A stretch of 64,000 bases of DNA from Candidatus Sericytochromatia bacterium (lineage in GTDB: Bacteria > Cyanobacteriota > Sericytochromatia > S15B-MN24 > JAQBPE01), in contig JAYKHR010000045.1 of the NCBI GenBank assembly GCA_035285125.1, positions 96,001 to 160,000 of the forward strand. The letters run 5' to 3'. The notes under the pieces are model-generated. The model had not been told where the DNA came from. It saw only the letters and a list, made by a program, of their open reading frames with translations, and searched no databases. Shown one piece after another: positions 55,124 through 64,000 of the stretch (position 1 is the stretch's first letter; each line of letters opens with the position of its first letter). Both the position numbers and the translations under genes were made by a program.

Positions 55124-55876
55124 ATGCTTCAGATGTTCAACCGCCGCACCCTCGTGCTGGCTTGCGCCACCCTCGTCGGCTCCACCCTGCTCCCCGCCAT
55201 CCCGGCCGAGGCCGGCATGGGCACGGGCCGCAACCCGCCCCCCCCGCCGCCGCCGGCCAACATCTCCAACCGGCTCTACGAGGGTTCGAGTGACTCGAAC
55301 CTGGGCGCCAAGGGCTTCCCTGGCATCACGGTGCTGCACTACCGGTCCTCGTACGACGGCCGGACCTCTACCACCACCACCAACAACGGCGCCTTCAAGT
55401 ACACCATCCGGCAGGGTGACGCCGTCGGTCACCGGGCCCGCATGTTCGGCATCAGCAGCGGCTACGTCACGGGCGACATCATCATCGCCACGGACGCCGT
55501 GGTCCGCTTCACGGTCGCGAGCAACGAGCCCGACTTCAACCAGCTCGCCGGGTCCGGCATGGTGACCAAGTGGAAGATGGACTACATCTTCCGGCGCGGT
55601 GGCGCCAGCCCCGAGAACTATAGCGGCGACGTCTCGCTCGACTACGCCAACCGGGCCTTCAGCCAGCGATTCGTCCCGCGCAACCTGACGGCCCAGCCCA
55701 CCGTCGAGCCGCCGCCGAAGGTCACCTTCGAACTCAAGAACCTCGTGGGCACGGACGACTCGGGCCGGCCGCTGCTCCGATGGGTCGATGAGCCTGCCGC
55801 GGGCATCAGGGACCTGGCCCCCGGCGAGAACTTCACGATGACGCTCAAGAGGTTCATCGCCGTCGTGGAGAAGTGA
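55124..55876 (+). CDS. Mirror copy of hypothetical exported protein
   Basis: Reverse complement of 30815-31567. Confidence 0.7.
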   Translation: MLQMFNRRTLVLACATLVGSTLLPAIPAEAGMGTGRNPPPPPPPANISNRLYEGSSDSNLGAKGFPGITVLHYRSSYDGRTSTTTTNNGAFKYTIRQGDAVGHRARMFGISSGYVTGDIIIATDAVVRFTVASNEPDFNQLAGSGMVTKWKMDYIFRRGGASPENYSGDVSLDYANRAFSQRFVPRNLTAQPTVEPPPKVTFELKNLVGTDDSGRPLLRWVDEPAAGIRDLAPGENFTMTLKRFIAVVEK

Positions 55877-55889
55877 CGGGACATCCACC

Positions 55890-57140
55890 TTGGCACCTCG
55901 AACCCTGACCTCTGACAGGCTTCGGAAGGCGTGGGCGTGGGGGCTTGCAGCCCTCACGCTCGGCTTTTTGAGCCCGGCGCCCGCGGGGCATGCCAGGCCG
56001 GCCGCGCCGGACCTGCGGGGCCCCTTGGTCTTCGTCTCCAACGTCTTCGAGGGCACCGTCACCATCATCGAGCCGGCGCGCAACCGGGTCCGCAAGGTGG
56101 CGACGGGGGCCCTGCCGCACAACTGGTCCCGCTCGCCAGATGGGCGTGAGGTCGTGGTCATGAACACGGGCTCGGAGAGCGTGTCGTTCTTCGATGGCCG
56201 CACCGGCGAGTTCAAGCGCCACATGCTGGTGGCCCCCATCCCGAAGATTCCTCCCCATGAGGCCCTGGGGCCTGCCAAATTCGCCGGCAAGACCAGCTGT
56301 CACGAGTGCCACGGGCAGGCGAACCTGGGCCGCCTCTCGGCCCAGGCCCTCTACACCCGCGACGGGCGGTCGCTCTGGACGGTGCCGTTCAGCCCGCCGG
56401 GGGTGGTGCGCGTCGACGCGCGCACGGGGCAGCACCTCGAACGCCTGGAGGTCGCCCCGTTCCCCTTCGACACCCAGGTGTCCAGCCTGAACTACACGCC
56501 CGACGGCAAGGAGCTCGTCGTGCTGCACCGGCGGCGCGGCAAGTCGGGGCTGCCGATGGAGGGGGCGACGGGCAACGGTACCGTGCCCGTCACGCGCTTC
56601 GACCACGACTCGCCGCCGGGCAACCGGGCCAGCGGCATCACCTTCCACACGGCCGACGGGCGCCGCGAGCTCGGGCGGCTCATCGTGCCGCTCACGATGC
56701 CCTACAAGGTCGACTTCAGCCGGGACGGCCGCTTCATGTACGCGGCCTACCGCTCGACCAACAAGGTGGTCGAGATTGACGTGGCCAAGCGGCAGATCGC
56801 CCGCACCCTGGTGGTGGGGGAGGGCCCCCACAACGCGGTGGTGGACAAGCGTGACGGCAAGTGGCTGTACGCCCCGAGCTTCTACGACGAGCCGCCCGAG
56901 GTGGTCAAGGTGGAGCTTGCGACGGGCAAGGTGCGCGCGCTGCTGCCGGCCAAGGTCTCTCCGGCCATGGTGGCGCAGGACCCCGACACGGGCCTGCTCT
57001 ACGTCGTGGCCAACGCCACCAACCGCGTGCTCGAGCTCGATCCCAGGGGCAAGGGCAAGCTGCTGCGCGAGTGGGGCGCAGGAATGTTTCCCCTCGACAT
57101 CCTGGTGGTCGCGGAGAGCGAGCGACGGGCCGTTCGCTGA
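55890..57140 (+). CDS. Mirror copy of YncE-like CxxCH propeller
   Basis: Reverse complement of 29551-30801. Confidence 0.75.
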   Translation: MAPRTLTSDRLRKAWAWGLAALTLGFLSPAPAGHARPAAPDLRGPLVFVSNVFEGTVTIIEPARNRVRKVATGALPHNWSRSPDGREVVVMNTGSESVSFFDGRTGEFKRHMLVAPIPKIPPHEALGPAKFAGKTSCHECHGQANLGRLSAQALYTRDGRSLWTVPFSPPGVVRVDARTGQHLERLEVAPFPFDTQVSSLNYTPDGKELVVLHRRRGKSGLPMEGATGNGTVPVTRFDHDSPPGNRASGITFHTADGRRELGRLIVPLTMPYKVDFSRDGRFMYAAYRSTNKVVEIDVAKRQIARTLVVGEGPHNAVVDKRDGKWLYAPSFYDEPPEVVKVELATGKVRALLPAKVSPAMVAQDPDTGLLYVVANATNRVLELDPRGKGKLLREWGAGMFPLDILVVAESERRAVR

Positions 57141-57147
57141 CGGCCCG

Positions 57148-58488
57148 TCACTTCTGCGTGATCTTGCGGATGCGGTTGTTGCCGTAGTCGGCGACGAGGA
57201 TCTCGCCCGTCGGCATCACGAGCAGGTCGGCCAGGCTGCGGAACTGCGCGGTGGTGAGCGCGTCGCCATCGACGAAGCCCTCTGTTGTAGACCGTGCGAG
57301 CACCTCCTTGGTGCCCGAGGCCTCCTCTTTGCGCTCGACGGTGCGCAGCACCTCATCCGACACGAACAGGTAGGGGCCGAAGAGCAACACGTCCGCTGGC
57401 GCGAAGAGCCCGGGGAAATCCACCGTGGTCACGGTGCCCTGATTCCCCGCGAGCACCACCTTGCGGATCTTCTCGTTGCCCGAGTCCGCGACGTAGAGCG
57501 TGTCGTTGCCCACGGCGAAGCACCCCTTCGGAACGCTGAAGCGGGCCGTCTCGCCCGTGCCGTCGGCGTTGCCCAGCACGCCCGCCTTGCCCGCCACCGT
57601 CACCACCGCGCGGGTCGCCAGCGTGACAAGCCGGATCGTGTTGTTGCCGGAGTCCACCACCCACAGCTTGGTCTGGTCGGCCGTGAGGGCGATGCCCGAG
57701 GGGCCGTTGACCTCGGCGGTGTCGGCCTCGCCGTCTGCGAAGCCCTGGCCGCCGTTCCCGATGATCCAGTCCGTGATGGGCTTGCCGGCGGTGTCCACCG
57801 TCCCTGGCTTGTGCTTGCGGATGCGGTGGTTGGCGGTGTCGCTGATGTACACGACGCCGTCGCGTCCCACGGCCACGTCCTCGGGGCTGCGCAGGCGCGC
57901 CGCGTCGTTGGGCGTCGTGAAGGTGCCGTCTCCCAGCACCGTCGTCACCTGCCCGTCCTTGACCTTGCGGACCATGTGGTTGCCCGTGTCGGCGACGTAC
58001 ACCGCCCCGTCGGGACCCAGGGCGAGCCCCTTGGGCTCCTTGAAGGTGGCCGTGCCGTTGGCGGCGCCGTTGACCATCCCCACGGCCCCGGTGCCGGCAA
58101 ACGTGCCGACGGTGGCGTTGCCGGGGGACGGCAGGTTGGAGGGGACGGGCGTCGAGGCAGGGCTGGCGCTGGCCGCGGGGGTGACGGGGGCGGTCCCGCT
58201 GGCGCTGGGGGTTGGGGTGGGCGTGGTGAGGCCGCTGGCTGAGGGCTTCGGGGTGCCCGGTGGCGAGGCCGAGGCCGGAGGTGAGGCGCTGGCAGGCGTG
58301 AGGGACGGCTTGGGTGTGCCCGGCGGCGACGCGGTCAGCGACGCGGCGGGCGTCGCCTTCTTCTGAGGCCGGCTGGTCCCTGCCTTGCCGGCGCCCTCGG
58401 AGGTGGTCGGCGGGGCCGCCGTGCAGGCCGCCAGCACCACCACGGTGGCGAGCGGGGCGTGGAACCAGGAACGCTGAAGAGGGAACAT
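57148..58488 (-). CDS. Mirror copy of NHL-repeat lipoprotein
   Basis: Reverse complement of 28203-29543. Confidence 0.8.
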   Translation of the reverse strand: MFPLQRSWFHAPLATVVVLAACTAAPPTTSEGAGKAGTSRPQKKATPAASLTASPPGTPKPSLTPASASPPASASPPGTPKPSASGLTTPTPTPSASGTAPVTPAASASPASTPVPSNLPSPGNATVGTFAGTGAVGMVNGAANGTATFKEPKGLALGPDGAVYVADTGNHMVRKVKDGQVTTVLGDGTFTTPNDAARLRSPEDVAVGRDGVVYISDTANHRIRKHKPGTVDTAGKPITDWIIGNGGQGFADGEADTAEVNGPSGIALTADQTKLWVVDSGNNTIRLVTLATRAVVTVAGKAGVLGNADGTGETARFSVPKGCFAVGNDTLYVADSGNEKIRKVVLAGNQGTVTTVDFPGLFAPADVLLFGPYLFVSDEVLRTVERKEEASGTKEVLARSTTEGFVDGDALTTAQFRSLADLLVMPTGEILVADYGNNRIRKITQK

Positions 58489-58625
58489 CGACGGCTCTCC
58501 GACCCGGCGAGCGGCCCGGCCCGCCTGGTGGTCTCATACCCCAGCAGGCCGCTCGCGTCCCGCGCCGGGCCCGGCAAAAAGGCCCCGCCCCCGGGGGGAC
58601 GGAGCCTTGGAGGGCGCGGAGCGCG

Positions 58626-59171
58626 TTACTCGGCGTCGGTCCGGGCGGCCAGGCGACGCGCCCCCTCCACCCACCTCGTCACGGTCGCGAGCGACGGCGT
58701 GCCGTCCACGAAGCGGGGCTTGAAGGTGTTGGCGATGGCCAGCCGCTCGTGCAGGTTGGCGGGGTCGCGGCGGGCGAGCTCCTGGACCGACTCGACGCCG
58801 ACGGCGGCGAGCAGGTTGCTCTGGCGCGGGCCGACGCCGGGCAGCTCCATCAGGGCGACCTTCTGCGACCAGGCGAGCACGAGCTTGTAGGGGATGTCCG
58901 CCTTCGCGGCGAGCGTCTGCCGCTTGTAGCGCGTGCCGGTGGCCGTCACCAGCTTGGCGGTGCTGGTGATGCCGGCCTCGCGCAGCTTCTTGCCATAGAC
59001 GGGGCCGATGCCCAGCAGGGTCTCGATCGAGTAGGCGCGCTCGGCCTCCAGCGCCGCGGACGCCTGGACGGGGGCCACCCGGACGGGGCCGGCGCCGGTG
59101 GCGCAGCCGGTCGCGGCGGCGAGCACGAGCACCGCGAGGGTGGGGGAGAGCAAGGGAAGTAGGGTGCGCAT
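58626..59171 (-). CDS. Mirror copy of DUF4332-like lipoprotein
   Basis: Reverse complement of 27520-28065. Confidence 0.75.
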   Translation of the reverse strand: MRTLLPLLSPTLAVLVLAAATGCATGAGPVRVAPVQASAALEAERAYSIETLLGIGPVYGKKLREAGITSTAKLVTATGTRYKRQTLAAKADIPYKLVLAWSQKVALMELPGVGPRQSNLLAAVGVESVQELARRDPANLHERLAIANTFKPRFVDGTPSLATVTRWVEGARRLAARTDAE

Positions 59172-59441
59172 GAGTTGGAAGAGCTCCTGTGAAAGGTCGC
59201 GGGGCGACTTTAAATTTCCTGAATCAAGACTTAACTTTCCTTTAATTGTAGGCCCGAGCCGCCCGGACCTTTCGTCCCGCGGGCGAAAAATTTTTCATAA
59301 GCCCCGAGATCGTTGCTGCGAGGCCTGATCAAGACTGGTGGGGGGCTGGCCTGGCGGGGGCGGGCAGGCGCCCGCCAGGCCGCCGCTGAAACCGGATTGG
59401 AACCAGGGCCCAGGACAAGGCAGCCAGGAGGTCGTGATCCA

Positions 59442-60620
59442 ATGCCCGCAGTCTCCCCCCTGCAGCCCGTCCCCCGGCGATCCGAGCTGGCGCCGCCCCC
59501 CCCGCCGCGCCAGGGCGACGCCGTGCCCGCCGCGCCCGCGCCGGCCCCTGTCGCCTCGCTCCCGGCGAGGCCCGATGCCGCCTTGCAGGCCGCGCTCGAT
59601 GCCGCGGCGAGGCGCTGGGGGCTGTCGGCGGCAGGCATCGTGCTGGTCGAGCCCGCCACCAACCGGCTGGCGATGCGCCACGGCCAGGTGGCCTTCCCGG
59701 CGGCGAGCGTGATCAAGCTGCCGCTGCTCGCGGCCGTGCAGGAGGCCATCGAGGCCGGCCGCCTCGACCCCGCGGCCTCCGTCGCGGTGAAGGCCGCCAA
59801 CATGACGGGCACGTGGTCGCCGCCGGGCGACGCGCGTCCGCACCTGCGGCCCGGCACGCGGGTGTCGCTCGCCACGCTGCAAGACGTGCTGATCACCCGC
59901 AGCGACAACGTGGCGACCAACACCCTGCTCGATGGCCTCGACCGCACGGCCCTGGCCGCGGGCTTCAGCCGCTGGGGGGCGCCGGCGACGGTCCTGGCCC
60001 GCAAGCTCAGCGCCGGCAACACCGTGCGAGACGACGCCTCGCCGGGCGGGCGCAACCGCACGACGGCCCTCGACATGGCAACGATGCTGGTGCGGCTTCA
60101 GGCTGGCACCCTCGTCTCGCCCGCGGCCAGCGCGCGCATGAAGGCGATCCTCGGCCGCCAGCTCGACCATGACAAGATCCCGGCCGGGCTGCCCCGCGAC
60201 GCCCGCGTCTACCACAAGACGGGCGAGACCTCCGAGGTCACGCACGACGTCGCCATCATCGAGGTGGCCGGGCGCAGCTACGTGCTCGCCGTGCTCACGC
60301 GGGAGGCGCCCGGGGGGAACACCTGGGCGCGCATCGCGGGCCTGACGCGGGACCTCCACCAGGCGGTGCTGGCGGCCCCCGCGACGCCCGCGCATCCGGG
60401 GGGGCTGCCGGCCGCGCCGCCGCCGCTGCCCGGGGAGCCGCCCCAGGCGGGGGAGGAGCCGGCCCTTGCGGCACCGCCGCCCGAGGCCACGGCGGGGCCC
60501 GCCAGCCTGGCGCCGCAGGCTGCACCGCGGCCTGTGGCGGCAATGCTTGCCGGGCTCGCCGCGCTCGCGGCGGGGGCCTCCCGGGTGCTCGGCCAGCTCG
60601 CCACGCGGATTCCGCGGTGA
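59442..60620 (+). CDS. Mirror copy of beta-lactamase-like serine hydrolase
   Basis: Reverse complement of 26071-27249. Confidence 0.8.
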   Translation: MPAVSPLQPVPRRSELAPPPPPRQGDAVPAAPAPAPVASLPARPDAALQAALDAAARRWGLSAAGIVLVEPATNRLAMRHGQVAFPAASVIKLPLLAAVQEAIEAGRLDPAASVAVKAANMTGTWSPPGDARPHLRPGTRVSLATLQDVLITRSDNVATNTLLDGLDRTALAAGFSRWGAPATVLARKLSAGNTVRDDASPGGRNRTTALDMATMLVRLQAGTLVSPAASARMKAILGRQLDHDKIPAGLPRDARVYHKTGETSEVTHDVAIIEVAGRSYVLAVLTREAPGGNTWARIAGLTRDLHQAVLAAPATPAHPGGLPAAPPPLPGEPPQAGEEPALAAPPPEATAGPASLAPQAAPRPVAAMLAGLAALAAGASRVLGQLATRIPR

Positions 60621-60624
60621 GCGC

Positions 60625-63082
60625 TCAGGGCTGGCCGAGCGGGGCGGGGCTCCGGCCCACCTCGCCCATCAGTTGGAGCAGGACCTCGAAGTTGTAGGTG
60701 TCGGCGACCTGGAAGTAAATGGCGTGGCGGCTTCCCGTTGCCCCGAAACGATGCTTTTCGAGGGCCGCCCCCATCCCGAAGCACACGCGCGTGGCCCCCA
60801 CCGCGCGAGCCCGTCCGATGGCGGCCCAGATCGCCTGCCGGTAGACCCCGTGAGACTCGACGTAGCGGTAATCCAGCCCCACCAGGAGCGGGACGTAGGG
60901 GCCCGGCCCCCGGTGCGCGGCCAAGAAAGCCACGGGCTGCCCGTCTGCAGGCCCCCCCAGCTTCAGGGGGAACGTGGAGCAGCAGGAATTCCCAGGCCTG
61001 CCTCCCGTTCATCCGCTCGAAAAGTGCCAGGGGGAGCGTGAAGGTGTTGAGTTCGAAGCTGCGAGCCTGAACGTTGGCATACAGGCGGTGAAGGTAGCGC
61101 AACTCGTCCTGGCTCAGCGCCGGCGCCTCGCCCCCAGCCAGGCGAACCTTGAGCTGCGAGGTCCTGGGCAACACCTCTTGCTTGAGGAAGCGGCGCGACC
61201 GCCGCGTGAGGCGCGCCATGTAGTCGTCGAGCCTGTAATCCGGCGCCAGGTCGAGCACCATCGTTTCGGGCATCAGGTAGCGGGCGAAGCCTTGGGACAA
61301 CAGGTAGGCGTCCAACTCGGGATCCTCTGCGTCGAGGTCTCGCAGCACCAGCACCCGGGCGCCGTGGGATTGTTCCTCTGCGACGTCGCGAAGGATCAGC
61401 CGGAGCGCCTCTCGCCAGTCGCCCGTGCGGTCCAGGTAGAGGTGGTCCCCTTCGGTCAGCAGCGATCCCATCGCCAGGGTGCGTGAGGTCAAAAAGGTGG
61501 GGTCCTTCCGGCGCCGCTGCTCGGCGAGCCTCGACACGTCGGGAGAGGCGATCATGTCGTCCTTCCAGAGGGTCTCGGTGAAGAACGTGGCGGCAACGGC
61601 CTTCCCCGCGCCATCTCGCACGAGGTAATACAGGAACCGCCAGTTGTTTTCGGGGTGGGCTTGCCCCTCAAAGGTGGCTTCCAGGAGGGCCAGGGCCTCC
61701 GCGCCGAAGGTGCCGCGATTCCCCAGCAGCGCGTCCCACTCCTCGGCATCGAGCCGGGCGATGGAGGTGACCTTCTCGAGCCGCAGGTGCGTCGGTGTGG
61801 GCCTCGCGACGGCTTGCGGGTGCTCTGCCTCCCCGAGTTGAAACGCGGCCCGGACCTCTTCCAAGGAAGAACCTGCTTGCTGCAGGGCCAACGGCAGGTG
61901 GTGGGCCACCGCCTCTGCCAGCCGGCTGATGTCGTCGAGGCTCAGGTGCCGGGTCAGCGTGAGGCGCAGTCCCGCCCGCTTCATCGGGACCAAGGGGAAG
62001 ACCGCGACAGTCAGGTAAAAGCCCTCCCGCTGCAACCGCTCGACCATGTCGTAGCTGACCTGCGGCAGGCCTGTGGCGATGAAGCGGACGGGGCTCTCGT
62101 CCTGGGACACCAGGGGCAGCCCGAGTGCGTTGCAGACCCGGTTGCAGTGTCGGATGCGCTCCAGCAGCTCGTGCTGGAGGGCTGGAAACTCGGGGGACAA
62201 GTGGAGCCTGGCCGCGGCCACGGCGGCCCCGAGCATGGGAGGTTGGAGGGGCCCCGAGAAAATCAACGGTCCACCGCCCATGCGCACCCTGGCGCGCAGC
62301 TTCGGGTCTGGCAAGAGGAGCACGCCACCCGCGCAGGCAAAGGCCTTGTTCAGGGAGGTCGCCACCACCATCCTGGGGTGCAACGGCGTGTTGCCGAGCA
62401 CGAAGCCGCGCCCGTGCTGGCCGCACCAGCTCATGGCGTGGGCGTCGTCGACGTACAGGTGGAGCTGCTCGTGCTGCCCGAGCAGCTTCATCAGCGCCTC
62501 GATCGGCGCAAAGTCTCCGTACATGCTGTAGACGCCATCCGCCAGGTACCAGATGTGGCGGCGACGACCGCGTTCACGCACCAGGATGTCCTCCAGCTGG
62601 GCGAGGTTGTTGTGACGGATCACCTCCAGGCCGGCCCCGTGCACCCGCGCCAGGTTCGCCGCGTTCATCACGCTCGCGTGCACCTGTTGGTCGAGCACCA
62701 TCAGATCCGTGTCCTCGACCAGCGCCGGCAAGGCTGCGATGTGGCCGAGCGACGTGGTGGGCGTGGGCAGGGGGATGGCGTCGAACACGGCTTCCAGCAG
62801 CGCCTCCAGCTCCTTGTACGGAGGTGCGGAGACCGCGGCGCGTGAGGCGGAGAACTGGGTGCCGTAGCGGCTCACCGCCTCGATGGCGCCAGCCTTCAGG
62901 CGCTCATCGAGCTCCAGCCCCAGGTAGGAGCAGGATGCGAAGTTGAGCCATTTCTGGCCGGTCACGGTGATGCAGCGCCCGTCGAGGACCTCATCCTCGG
63001 CCGTGTGAAACAGGACCCCGCGTCGCGCGGATTCCGCAAACATCCCGAAGGCCAGGTCGACGTAGTCAGCGTGGCGTCTCAT
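60625..63082 (-). CDS. Mirror copy of alpha-oxoamine synthase/GNAT fusion (same frameshift, C7 at 60952-60958)
   Basis: Reverse complement of 23609-26066. Confidence 0.8.
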
Positions 63083-63183
63083 CGGAGGATGGTTGAACCT
63101 TTCCTGCAGGGTCCGCTATTGTTGACCGTGGAAAATTGGCGACACACGGGTGCGCACGACTTCGAAACCTCCACGGAGCCATT

Positions 63184-64000
63184 GTGACACAAGTTGAGCA
63201 GGCCAGTATCAGCAACGTCCTTGGCGTGGCGACGATCTTGGTTATGTCAGCCTGGATTTGGAGGCACCACCAGACCCCGTTCTTCAGACTGTGGCTGTGC
63301 GCCTACGGGGGGGGCTTTGCCTCCTGCTGTCCGAGATGTTTGCAGCCTTCTTTGGACGTCCCGGATGGTTGTGGGGTCTGGAAGTTGTCCTGGTCAACGC
63401 GATTTGCTGGTGCCTCGTTCAGGCCTCTCGGGTCTTGCGCCGTGACGCCCCGATGACCGCGCGTCGCCTCCCCCTTTTCTTGGTGGCTACTGGCCTTCCT
63501 GGCGCCGGCCTTGCTGCGTGGGGGCAGCCTTTCAATGTGGTGGTCCTGCCCTCCATGCTTGCCTATTCTTGGCTCCACGTGTGGCTGGGATGGAGCATCC
63601 TGCGAACCCACCAGGCCGCCGGCTCCAGATTCCTGGGCCTGCCCGTTGTCATCTCCGGCCTCTGGTTTTTCTCCTATCCTGTCCTGGCGCACACGCCCTG
63701 GGCCTGGGTCGGGTACTCGGTTTCGATGGTGCTGAACCTGATGGTTGGGGTTGGCATGCTGGTCTTCCTGATCGAAACCACGAACGCGCAGTTGCGCCTC
63801 CACAACGAGGAGCTGGCCCGGCTGGATGCCGCGAAGTATCAGTTCATCACCACCATCGGCCACGAGCTCAGGACGCCCCTTACCTCCGTGATCACCGCGC
63901 TTCACATTCTGAGGAGCGGTCAGGGTCAGGCTCTGGCCGAGCCGACCGCGGGGCTGCTCCAAGTGGCCGAGGAGCAGTCCCTGGTGCTGAAACGCCTGGT
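63184..64000 (+). CDS. Mirror copy of sensor histidine kinase, partial (same G8 frameshift at 63307-63314)
   Basis: Reverse complement of 22691-23507. Confidence 0.75.

Larger units (their letters stand above)
22691..64000. repeat. Giant spacer-less inverted duplication, arms at least 20,655 bp, centre 43345/43346
   Basis: Centre reads ...aaccgcgagctcgac|gtcgagctcgcggtt.... ORFs to the right have identically translated partners at 86691-x. The last 20 nt are the reverse complement of 22691-22710. Confidence 0.99.

Overview
High-GC bacterial chromosomal DNA. My tentative guess is a non-photosynthetic cyanobacterial relative (Candidatus Sericytochromatia-like), based only on recalling similar ISDQGG/ISNNGG-repeat lipoproteins from such genomes. 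The dominant structure is a spacer-less inverted duplication centred between 43345 and 43346. Positions 43346-64000 are the reverse complement of 22691-43345 (mirror coordinate = 86691 - x), so only about 43.3 kb is unique. The fold lies inside a gene at a quasi-palindrome and is most likely a fold-back or assembly artefact. The unique part encodes: a His-rich membrane protein, adenosine deaminase, a Pro-rich repeat protein, a clan-A glycoside hydrolase, DacB, a catalytically degenerate cyanophycinase homolog, signal peptidase I, an ankyrin protein, an ArsR/beta-carbonic anhydrase/SulP operon, a TonB-C protein, an RND pump, a GDPD, a serine beta-lactamase-like hydrolase, a DUF4332-like lipoprotein, several beta-propeller lipoproteins, a stand-alone MshEN-like protein, a YmfF/YmfH M16 peptidase pair, and a tandem array of ISDQGG-repeat NHL lipoproteins. 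The best candidate for an undescribed system is a divergent, lower-GC gene pair: a multi-TM sensor histidine kinase and a PLP alpha-oxoamine-synthase/GNAT fusion, resembling the CqsA/CqsS layout. Both genes are broken at poly-G tracts. I recognised no tRNA, rRNA, CRISPR array or transposase.
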